Shown here: positions 38,701-50,449 of the stretch, in pieces | How the letters are laid out: each line of letters opens with the position of its first letter | How positions within the stretch are numbered: position 1 is the first letter of the stretch | From: Catajapyx aquilonaris | Taxonomy: Eukaryota | NCBI GenBank assembly: GCA_000934665.2 | Contig: JYFJ02001638.1 | Span: forward strand, 62,001-125,643 | DNA: 63,643 nt | Direction of reading: 5' to 3' | The notes under the pieces: generated by a model | The model's input: only the letters and a program-made list of their open reading frames with translations | Told to the model about the DNA's origin: nothing | Database searches by the model: none | Made by a program: the position numbers and the translations under genes

Positions 38701-41071
38701 GCAGCCTCCGAAGACACCGCAGCAGGAAGGCAAGTTCAGATCGCATCTTGATACCTGTTTTTTTTTGGCCCCTCTCCGGCGGAGAATGTCACTTTTACTA
38801 AATTTCCGATGTTATTTACAGCCCGATAAAACCTTGGTGCAAAAGCGCATTAAATCGCGTGTAATGGTTGATCTGAATAGCAGATTGCATCCTGAGTAAT
38901 TGGCCGCTATTATTAATCTGACAGTGTTTCTTTTCTGATTGATTTCGTTGCAAAAAAAATAATATCGCAGCGATTTTTGAGGCGATTCCAGGTGAGATTT
39001 AAATAGTCTGAATCCGGCCTGTGGATCACCCTGTACGGTGAAGCACACACGTGAAGCACGCAGAATCGATTGGTTGCGAAATCGGACACTGATCGCCAAT
39101 TACGCTGCCAATTGATGCACCCGGCTCACTCGCTCGGATCAAATTTAAAAGAGACCCGAAAAAATACCCCGTTTGGAAACCTAATCTTGCCTATTTTTAT
39201 GTATCCCCGGAAACTCAAACCCCAAAACCAGCGTGTACATTTCTTTGCAGAAATATTTGGCAAAAAGTTACTATTAAGTAGCCTACATACTGTGCAAATA
39301 ATTCTTTTACTCTGCCTAATGTTTTAGACTAAATAAAAGCAACCGTTGTTATTGGCAAACATACCCTGATGGTTTAAGAGTAAAAATGAGGGGCATTGTC
39401 ACTCGTCCATGGAGCTATCCTTCCCCTCCCTATTGTTGCCGACAACAATGACACGTGCACATTATATGGGCACACCTGTTTTCAACCGGACATGCTCTGT
39501 GTATGCACGACGCTTGTTATTATTATTTTTTTGTGCAGCGAACTTCCAGCTCGTCAATTTCCGACTCGGACGTTGAAAAGCGCGCTAACAAAACGAGACA
39601 ACAGCATCATTATCATGCATTGTTGCGCTCAAAATGGGTTGAGTTTTATTCGGCCGTCCCACCAAAACGGCATCCTCTAATTTAATTGTCTCGACACATA
39701 TAAACTTTTCTGGCATGGGGACAGTTCCGCTGGAATTTCATGGGCAGATTATGCAATGGTTTGCACACAAATATTGAACTAACCGTCAGCCTGTTTTTTC
39801 CTTCTTAAAGAGAAACATGTGGTAGGTCCTTCTGGGCGTTAGGGCGGGTAAGCCTTGGTGATTGGGGCTGACTAATTAAATTGCGGCCGTGTCTGCCTTG
39901 CCTTCCAGAGAAGCTTTCTCTGGAGATGCCCCGCCAGATCTGGTTAGCATTCCCTCCCAGGTCCTCTGTAATATGTGTGTCTTTATAGAGAGAGAGAGAG
40001 AGATAGTCCAAGAGAGAGAGATCCATCCCTCCAGCAGCAGCCAGAGTGTTGACTCCCAGAATTTGATGGGGAATAATGCAATGCACACCATTCCCCCAGA
40101 ATAGAATCTCCGGAATAAACCGGAGCTAACAGGCCGTGTAAATGGACCGGATGGAGTTTAGTATACTCCTTAATATCTTGCCCCCTCTCTCTCTCTCTAT
40201 AGTATGATCATAATCAATAGTGTGCTGCAGCTGCTGCTGTATCGGAGGGGGGCGCAGTAGTTAACACTGCGGAAAACATGTCAGACTATACTTAGAAGAG
40301 CCTGCTATGCTATATAGGATTTTCCATCTGCAGCAGCACCCCGACCCCGGGTATATAGTATTTATAGAGCTCTGGGAAAAGCACAACTCATTACTACCCA
40401 TTAATCACATGCACACGCCTGGTTAAGTCGAAACCAAAAACCTGCCTTATTAATTCGGTTATTCATTCTGGGCCTTTTGGGAGGGGGTAACCAGATGATG
40501 TAACCAGTTTTTTTTTGCGCCGTTCGTATATAGTGACGTCAACAATTTGTCGCTACTGAGCTAACCTAACCTAGCCGCTTGCTGTTTAGGGCACAACAAG
40601 GCTGCATCTGTCGCCACTTTGTACTCTTACAATGAAACATGTTTCGAGTTTACATACGAATTGCAGGCTCAGGGGGGAAAAGGGGAGGAGAGAGACAGAG
40701 AGTGACGCGGGCATGGGTCATTAAAAGACAATGTCGTTACACGTTTTACGTGCTGGTTTAATTTGCATTGGAAATTTACAGTCGAAACTCCGCTGTGTGT
40801 TTTTTCGGATCCTCACTCTGCAATTTTCCATAAACCCTCTATGAACCCAAATTGACTTTGCAGCCATCCCGCACCCGATTGTTGTCCGCTTGAAAACACA
40901 CTCGAATGACTGTCCCATTGTAGCCCAAATCTCTGTACCTCACGCTCTAACCCTCATCGTGATGTACTGTGCCTCTGTTTGTCCGGGGTGGCTCATCACC
41001 AACGTGCATGTAGTACCACTTTCCTCCGCATGGCGTGAGCATAGGTGCGCCATATTTTATTCGAGGGTTGC

Positions 41072-41139
<68 letters not shown>

Positions 41140-44100
41140 TTTTGTTTGGTCCTATATCGTTTTGACAGGAAGATGAGCGAGGTGGGCATGATGCGTCCGC
41201 TGTGCCGCGCCACGACGTGCCGCGTGTGCGTCAAGACGCTGACCGACGACGAGGTGAACCGCGTCTGCTCCGAGTGCCAGCTGAAGGTCTGCGAGGACTG
41301 CGCGTCGTACGGAAGGGCAGACACGGACGACGAGGTACATACCGAAGGGTCAAGGTCACGGTCAGAATGATGTCTCGCACGCTTTATATTCTCTCTCTGC
41401 GGTTCTATCTCTATTGGACCGGGGGCTTTGAATGTCTGATGTTTGAAGGAATGTGGGTGGGACGTAGTTTAGACCGGGAGAGGTCTAGTCAGGAAATTGT
41501 TTTCATCGATCTATCGGGAAGGCGGTTAAACTTGATATGGGAATTGGATCCTGGAGAGATCAACCAACGATTAGTTTGTTGTCCAAACATGTTGCAGTCC
41601 GCTTTATTTCCGGAGGAAGGCTGGGGAAAAGAAGGGGATCGTCTACATTAATTTTTTTGAGGGTGAGCGTCGATATCTTACTCGTATAGGATCATTCTCT
41701 GCACCTGTTGACGGTCCAACATGAGCATTACTGACGCCAATCGCTCTGGTGACGTCGTTTGGACGCGGACCAAACACGTGTCCAGCACTATCGAGTTTCA
41801 ACTGGGGATCGCTTGAATTAAACGGGTCGTGAACACACAAAAGTCGCATATCGGATGAAAACGCGCAGTTTGTACCAGAGTCATTTCGTGTGCCAATGTT
41901 ACTGCTTTAGTAGTTGTATAACTATAACGCTGATAACTGGCCGGATGTGGATAATGCGAGTGGCATTTGGGCCAGACGGAAGGGCACGGGTTAAATGCTG
42001 GTTAAATGGTCGAGGGTGCGGCGCTAATTAATTGCTGTTGTTAATTTGCAACCACTTAATCATCTCTGGTTAAAATTGGAGGCATGAACGTGCGCGCTGA
42101 TTGGCTCAAGTAGGGGACAGGCATCTGCAAATTAATGACGAATTCGTCCATGTGACGCACGCATTATTTCACCTCGATATAAAAACTATGGAATACCAGT
42201 TAACTATATGGGAGAAATGGGTTATAGTCACGACCTTAGTTTAAAATGTGGAATTTATAAATTGGATAATAAAACACTGCTGCTCTGGAGGGCCCCCATC
42301 TCCTCGTGGAGTCATTTTGACCCAGGTATACTATTAGATGTGGGGGAAATGGCAGAGATTTATTCGAAGGTCCCCCTGATAGTATCGGTTATTGGTGTTC
42401 GAGACTGGGAGAGAGAACCTCCCACCCACCCTGCCTGCCTGCCTGCCTGGCCTGGCCTGGCTGGGGCTAATAAATTAGTGGAGGCGGCAGCAGGGTGGTC
42501 CATAGATGTGGCCAACATTCCCCGAGTGCAATAATCGGAGGAATGAATCAAGCCAAGATGCATAGAGGGAGAGACAGGTATATATGGATGGAGCCACCAG
42601 CTATAGTTCTCCATAGTTTTTGGGGGGGAAGGGAGGGGCGGATTAATTTATTAGGCGTGGGAGGTGGTATTCTGCTCGGAAACGTGCATGTCCGTCTCGG
42701 CTTGCTGCAATCAAGCGAGAGCTAAGAGTGTTGTTGTTGGAGGGGAATGTGAAAGGGCAGGGGTGACACTTTTGTGTCTCTTCTTCGCAGTTATGTTCTT
42801 TTATGCGTACCACCCACCCGGAGCTCTGTCACCTGGGCAACCCGCCCACTACACCTCCAGCTGGATCGGCTGACACCCACCCATCCACGCCATTTCCAAT
42901 CATTATTCCAGGGGATCACTTGCACCGTATATCATCATTGTTGTTGTTATAATGAGCGACGTTTTTGTCTGATGGTCGTGATGCAGAGGTCGTGGAAGTG
43001 CAGCATATGCCGTCGTCGCAAGCACAGCCACATAACCCTGGCCAATGCCATCCTGATGCTGGCTGGAGACGAGAGCCTCCCTGCGACGCCGACGGAGGGT
43101 GGGGGCGTCGGAGGGGACAGCGGGGGCGGAAGCGGGCCGTCGTCGGCGTCGGCCACGTCCACCGCGGCCATGGAGCTCAGCCGGCTGGACGTGGTCCAGG
43201 CCGCGGCGGAGGCGCTGGCCAGGAGGCACTCGGACGTCAAGCTCCTGGGGGCGCCCAGGCAGCCCAACTCCAGGAGGAACAGCGACGTGCCCATGCTCGA
43301 CAGGAAGACCATCCAGGAGGCGGCTGCCAGGGCGAGGGCCGCTGCGGAGAAGGAGTCGAAAGGCGGTGGTGGTCTGCTGGTGGCAGACGGAGGCGGAGGC
43401 AACAGGACCGCCCGGTCCTCCGCCTCGGAGAGCTCGGTGGAGGACGGCACCACGGAAGGAGGCGACTCCTCTGCCGCCGCCTCCCCAGCACCGCCACACC
43501 ACTCATCCCACCAGTCCGGCACCATCGAGGACGGGGACCCGGAGGTGGAAGCCTGGAAGAAGAAGAGGGCAAAGGTCAGGAGGAAGTCGAAGATCCAGAG
43601 GCAGAGGAGCTACGACGACGAGCACGGGGGAGGGAAAGGGTCAGGAGGAGGAGGGAAGAAGGACGGAGGCGGAGGTGGTAAGGAAAAGGAGGTGAGTTGT
43701 TGCCACATTATGGGCTGATCTTTACTACGCGACGACGTGGCGGGGATGGCGGCCAACGAACGTTATTGCGGCTTTTCCACCCGTCGCGTAGTAAAGATAT
43801 TCCTGTAACACCAATGAATTACGGTACGAGTATTGTCGGACATGGCAGGCCGAGGACTCTGAGGCGGTGCCGTACGAGATGCTGCGTCGGCGTGCGTCCG
43901 CGTACGACCTGTACCCTTCCCGATGCGAGGACAACAGGGAGGACCTTCGAAGGGCGTCCTTCATGCTGAGGGACCACATGCTGGACGTCCCATTAGGAGG
44001 AGGAGGAGGTGGTGGTGGTGGTGGACGGAAGGAGGGAAAGCAGCAGGGGTCCAAGCAGGGAGATGGGAGCCACTCGTCGGGCCAGGGGCACGGCCAGGGG

Positions 44101-47100
44101 CACAGTCCTGGGAGGCGGAAGTCCACCTTCTCCAGGGCTTCGGCGCCTCCTCCTCTACCACCGCCGACGACCACCACCTACCAGGACGACGGCTACGACG
44201 CAGACGAGCAGCCGGTGGACAGCAGTCCGTCTCCAGTGTCCCCTGAGCCTCCAGTGTCCTCCACGGCCAGAAGACGGACGGGGACCAACTCCCTGGAGGA
44301 GGACCACGGGTCGGGTCCAGCAGCCCTGGCAGTCGAAGGAATGGACGACGAGAGGAGGGAGAGGGTCAGGCGACGGTCAGCCCAACTGTAAGTGTCTGCT
44401 GCTCAGAATTGATCCTTATTCCTTTTGTGTGGGGAGACAGAGTCTTAGCAGGTGTTTCCCTCATGAATGGTCGAGGGAAGTTCCCAGCAGCTGAGTCGAG
44501 AAATGGCCTGCGCCGATTCCATTGACACAAGTGATTTGGTACCGCTCTTTCCCCTCGAGGGGGTTTGGGAGGGCAAAAGGCATGTGATCAGACAGCAGCA
44601 GGCAACAGGTGCAATCAGGCTTCGCTTTAATGGGCTTTGAGGTCTAGCTCCCATCCCATCCCATCCCCTGCCTGCCTCCCGACGATAAATTACTTTCGTC
44701 ACAACGATTAGTATTATGAGTCGCAAAAGGCCTCTGACAATCCATTCATCATTTAAAGGGAAGGGAAAGGTCTCCATTCATTCCCTACAGGTGTGCTGCT
44801 AGAAGCGACGAATTTAGCTGCCCAAAAGAAGTGTGTGTGGTCCGCAGGAACAATTAGGTCCAATTAGTCAGGCTGTCAGCACTCATTTTCACACACACCC
44901 AGACAGAGCGTGTGACTCTATCCATCTGTCCATCCATCCATCCGGGGGGGGGGGGGAACTCTTCGTCTCTGTCACACTGCTCGACACTTATCGACTTTTG
45001 CCTCCCCCTGTGGGCGCATGTTGAATCAACTCGTCTGCTACAAATGATGCAGGTTTGTCAGGATTGTTGGGAGAATGTGCGCATCCAGACTGCGCAGCTA
45101 CTCCTGGAATTATATTATACATAAGGAAAATTGCAAGATATTGTTTCTATATGGTGCGAACCTAATTTCCAAAGTTGGCACTCCTGAGTTTGATCCTTGT
45201 GAAGTTTTGGATGTAAAGCCCGAGCTTTCTGATAACGATCGATCTTTCCGATGTGATGACAGCCACCGGGGGAGTGTGCCTCCGCGTTATGAATCCGCGC
45301 CACATTGATCACGCGACTCTCCTCTTATGATGCTGGAATATTAATACTGGAGCAATACCAGGTCAAACCGATTGCGCCTCCAAGGCAAGTCTCCGGAAAC
45401 ATTCTTTTTGTCGAGGGCGAGATTTTTTTGTCGGGTTAGTTGCATAGTGTGTACGTATATAGGGGAATAAATCAGGTGATATGCTTGGAGTGCAACCTTC
45501 GCTGATCACTGATGCCTAACAGTGCTGCGGCCGTCCTTTCCTCCTCCAGCCAGCCAGCAGCATCCGAGGTCCGGATGCATTATTCATTGTGCGTCTCTCC
45601 ATCGACAGCCAAGTCCATTCCTCATCCTCCTTCTTTCCCTCTAAGACCCGATTCAATGGACCCCTGCAACTTTTCCAATCGCTTTCCCCCCCCCCCCCTC
45701 CTCCCCACATCTCACTTCCACTCATTCGGCTCCTTTCAACCTCCCACATCCCTTTAATTCTTTTCCATCCGGACCAGCATCCCTGAGGGGACCGCCCTCC
45801 GACCAAATATTCCGCATCCATTGTGCCTCCTTCCCTATATATATGTCCAGATGACGCACACTCCACTTGCCACAGGTTATGTTAAGTCAGGTTAGGTGCA
45901 TCGCCCCTTGGGTATAAGGGTCTATCAGCAATAGCATTTCGCTTCCACAGTTCCGGAGCTAGCGTTAAATAAGGTGGGACTATAGCGACAGGAAAATTGG
46001 ATTGGATGCTGCCTGATTGGACAGGGTGTTTCATATAATGCGACTTTTCTTCAGGGCGGACGTGCTGGGCCGGGCGCTTCCGACACCTCCGCCTTCACAG
46101 CCCCAGACGCAACAGGCGTCGTCGGCGTCGTCGGCGTCTCGAGGAGCTGGCGAGAGGCAGCAGAGTGGTGGCAGCAGGGGAGGATCGCAGGAAGGAAACG
46201 AAGAAGTCCAACCCGCCTCTGCAGTCACTGGAGCCCATCTTCTTCCAGGGAGACAGAGCTCGGTCAACGACGGCGAGGCCATCCGCATCGTCATTCACGA
46301 CGTCGACTCAGACAAGACCTACGGTAAGCAACCTCAGGCCAAAAGTGTCAAATACTGGCACGCTCCGCAAGAAAGCCGTATCTGCACGACAGATGCGTTT
46401 TTCTTCATATTATACTATAAAAGCATTATAGTCCGCTTGCTATATGGCGCTGCTGCTGCTGCTTCGGGGATCGATTCATCCCTTCCAGATAATTATGACA
46501 AAGCAGAGTCTGGATCACGTGTCTGATTGGTTGACGGCTGACTGACCACAACTAGTTTGGTCCGATCCACGGTTGGACGGACGGATGGCTCCAAACAATG
46601 CCCACCGCACCATCACATACACGCACCATCATTCCTCATACTTCTCTGGCATCACTTTGCACTGGAACCCTTCGCAATTAGACCAAAAACTGCAGCTGCG
46701 GATCCGTTTAAAATCGCTGTGGTATTTGCAGGGAGGAAACACACAGACACAAAACGTGCCACTTGGCGCCAGGCTGCAGCATGCGTGCATGTGCATGGCC
46801 AAAAAAGTGTGTGCATTACCAGGCTAATTGTCATTTTTTCCCCCACATGCTGTAATGTGCTGGGCCATTAGACGGACAAGAACGAGGCTGAATAAATCAC
46901 AATTAGCCCGGACGGCCACATCCGACTCTTCAGATTAATGAGAGTTTAAGAGGCGGAGTGTCCCATTATGACGTTTGTGTGTATACACACAGTGCTATCA
47001 TGCGGCTGTAAAACGAGCAGGCCACCATTTTTATAGTCCTGCAAAAAAAAAAGACGACGCTGACTGAATGACACTCTGTGTGTGTGTGTGTACCGTGTAT

Positions 47101-50100
47101 GGGCTTGAGGGGACTCGTTTGTAGTCAGGGTTTGATGCAGTTTGCACTTTTTGCAATCTGGCGGCCCCGCAGGGAAATGGGATGCTGCTCACATATACAC
47201 ACACATGTGTGTATATACACACACCTCTGCCTAAGGCCAGATGCAGCCAGACGCCTCTCTGTGCAAGTACGCGCTTGTTGCATGCCGCAATAAGTTCACA
47301 CGGTATAAGGGGGTTGATGGCATTGTGACAGACCGTAACATCAGGGGGGAAGGCTTGTGACCTCACGATGGAGCTAGGCGCGTTTTGCCAGCAATGGCGT
47401 CGTGCTGACATTGTTGGTTGTACTGGCAGGAAAAGGTTCGTCGTCTGCAGGCAGCGCGAACACGTCGGTACCGCTTCGCAGGGTACTGCTTCGGAGGGAC
47501 TCGGCCGACAAAGGACATCGGAGTAAGTAAACGTGCATGTGTACGCCCTCACGATTTGAGCCTCGGTCGCACGACCAGACGCTTTGCGACCTACAAAATG
47601 TGTTTGTCGGTCGCAAAGCGTCTGGTCGTGCGACCGGGGCTCAAATCGTGAGGGCGTAAACACCAGGCCTTTATCAGGACCTGGAGGATGTGCTTATTTT
47701 TTTGTTGCGCATAGGTCGTGGGTTCGGTATGCGGGTGGTCGGAGGCAAGGCGGACCCGGATGGTCGCCTGGGCGCCTCCGTGGTCTGGACCCTTCCAGGA
47801 GGACCAGCCGACAAGGCAGGGATCGTCAAAGGAGACAAGGTCAGCGGAACAGAAAGGACCACCGAAATTAGTAGTTGTCGCTTTTGTTTCACACGAAATC
47901 GCCCGGTTGTCGCAGGTTGTGGAGTGGAACGGAGTGTCGCTGCTGGACCGAAGCTTCGAGGAGGTCTGCGCAGTCATGGACAGGACAGGAGAACAGGCCG
48001 AGCTGCTCGTCGAACCATCGCCTGAACCGTCAGTAGTAACACCATGGGTTCACACTAGCGTCGTTCGTTGGTGACCCCCCAATCACAAACGACGCCAGTG
48101 TGAACCTATATTACTCGACAACATCAGGCTGAACACGTGCTTTTGACAGTCGCTCGTCGTCGGGTGAGACCAACACTGGGGATGAGTCCGGCAGCAACGG
48201 AGTCTGCGCTCCAGCAACGACGGTCCAGCAGCAGCAACAACAACCGCAACAACAGCAGCAACACTCCGCCGGAAGGAACTCACTGGTCATCACTAGTGGT
48301 CAGTGTCCATCCCCTTCCTCTTTGTTTTTAAACTTTAATTCGACCACTAACCTTGGCGAACAGGTGGGGTCTGCACACAATGCGAACAATAATTAGTGTG
48401 ACATTATTGCGATTGCGGATGGGGGGTATACATACATGATGACGAGAGATGCGCGGATATATCCCGCTGTCAAGTGTGTGCTTATCGTCTCCCCTCCCGA
48501 CGGACAATATAACGCCACCCACACCATTCGTCGTGATTATTGCCGGTCTGTCGAGTACAACTTTCATGAATGCAAATCGCCCGTCTCGTGACTGATTGTC
48601 CCCTCGTTTTAAAGCGGGATGACACGCCGATGCATGTTTAGAACAACAAACGAAAACAGCATTTTTGCTTCTATAGATGCTGCTGAGTCTGTTGCAACCC
48701 GCGCATATATATTTAGAAGCATTGCATAGTGTTGTTGTGTATGTATCCATCGTTTGACCAGTGTCCTTCTCTCAGAGGTGGACCCGGACAAGTCACCACC
48801 GGCGTCTCCAACTCGACGGAAGCTTCCAAAGACTCCGGTAAGTTGTCAGCCTAAACCGGATCCGTTCCGGACCCGCCTCGCTTTTGGACGACTGTCCGGA
48901 ACGGGTGTTGTTTGTGAGTGGTTGGCCAGCATTGCCTCGTTATATCCGCCGACCTTTGTTGCGCGTAGGATGGACTTGTGAGTGGGAGTGTGACCCCGGC
49001 CGGTCCCGGGGCAGGAGGTGGAGGAGGAGGTCAGCAGACTGCGGCGTCCGGTCGTGTCCAGTTGCAGTTGTGGTACGAGGAGGGCAAGCTGGAGCTGGTG
49101 GTCACCGTTCTGGCCGCGGACGAACTGCGACCCAGGGATGACCCCACTCTTCCAGAGGCCTACGTCAAGATCCGGCTAGGACCAGCCTGCCTGTGAGTAT
49201 ACACTCTGACCTCAAATAGGTCATGGTCATATGCACACGGGCGTCTTCCTCCAGAGACAAGCCGTCGTACAGCACGGACGTGGCCGACCCCGCCAAGAAG
49301 CCCATCTGGAACGCAACCTTCACCTTTGACCACGTGACCGGTGACCACCTGCTCGAGAGGCACCTCGAGGTCTCCGTCTGGGACTACGGAGCCGACCCGG
49401 ACACACACTTTCTAGGTCAGTAAATTGCGACATGTAGTACAAACTCATGTTGTGAATTGAGCGTTACTCGAGTTTAGCAGAGTTATGAGCTGGCTTTAAA
49501 GACATCTCTGCGATCCAAATTAATTTTGCAGAAAGATCTTTCGGGGGGGATTCATTCTCCCAGTTGGCGAATAGAGCCTGATGGCAGATTCCTGGAGGGG
49601 TGAGCCCCCGTCTTCTCCCTGCAGATGCGCCTCTCAATCAAAACCACCCTTCAATTACCAATCCCGGATTTCTCATTACGGCTCCAACTGATTGTCTGCC
49701 GAAGAACGATCGCAGTCGCATTTTGGTCCAATGTACTGTACAGTACCCACAGCATGACTTCTTAAAAAGTATAGGCGGCGACCTCTGCCCCATCCGGCAG
49801 CGATCTTATTGGTGTAGCAGTATGCCCTCTGCATATGGTTTCAAATGAGGATTTTCTTATAGACCTCACTGTACCCACCATTCTGATTGGTGGCGCGGAT
49901 GCCCCCTGCCCTGGGCTCCACCAATCAGAATGGTGGGTGCAGTGAGGTCTACAAGAAATCCTCATTTGAAACCACAGAGGTTGCAATATTTCTTGAGAAG
50001 TTAGGTAGTGTAGCACAGGAGCACTTCCGGTTCTTTTGGACCAGACGCACCGTTTAAGAGAGTAATCAATCTGGACACGTCGTGGACGGGCCCGGATTAT

Positions 50101-50379
50101 ACGGAGCTGAGTGATTCCTAGTGGCTGCTCCTCCTCCTTTGGCGTATTATTTATCTCAGCTGCTGACGCCCGCCTTCTCTTCTCTTTTTTTTCCTCTCTC
50201 TCTCTCTCTCTCTCTTCCCATCCCAACTTCCCCTTGGGAGCACTTTTATATGGATGGCGTGATGGCTTGGGAAGTCGGGCCCTCCATTTGTCACGTGCCT
50301 CCGCCGCCGGCCCCTGGACCCAACATGCTCCTTCTTCATCTCTCTCTGCCAGCTCAGAAAGCCCCCAAACCAAAAAACG

Positions 50380-50449
<70 letters not shown>

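Noticed and set aside
47542..47658. Hairpin as a miRNA precursor or mirtron
   Set aside because: The near-perfect 56-bp stem with TA ends fits a MITE, its ends do not coincide with splice sites, and no small-RNA data are available.
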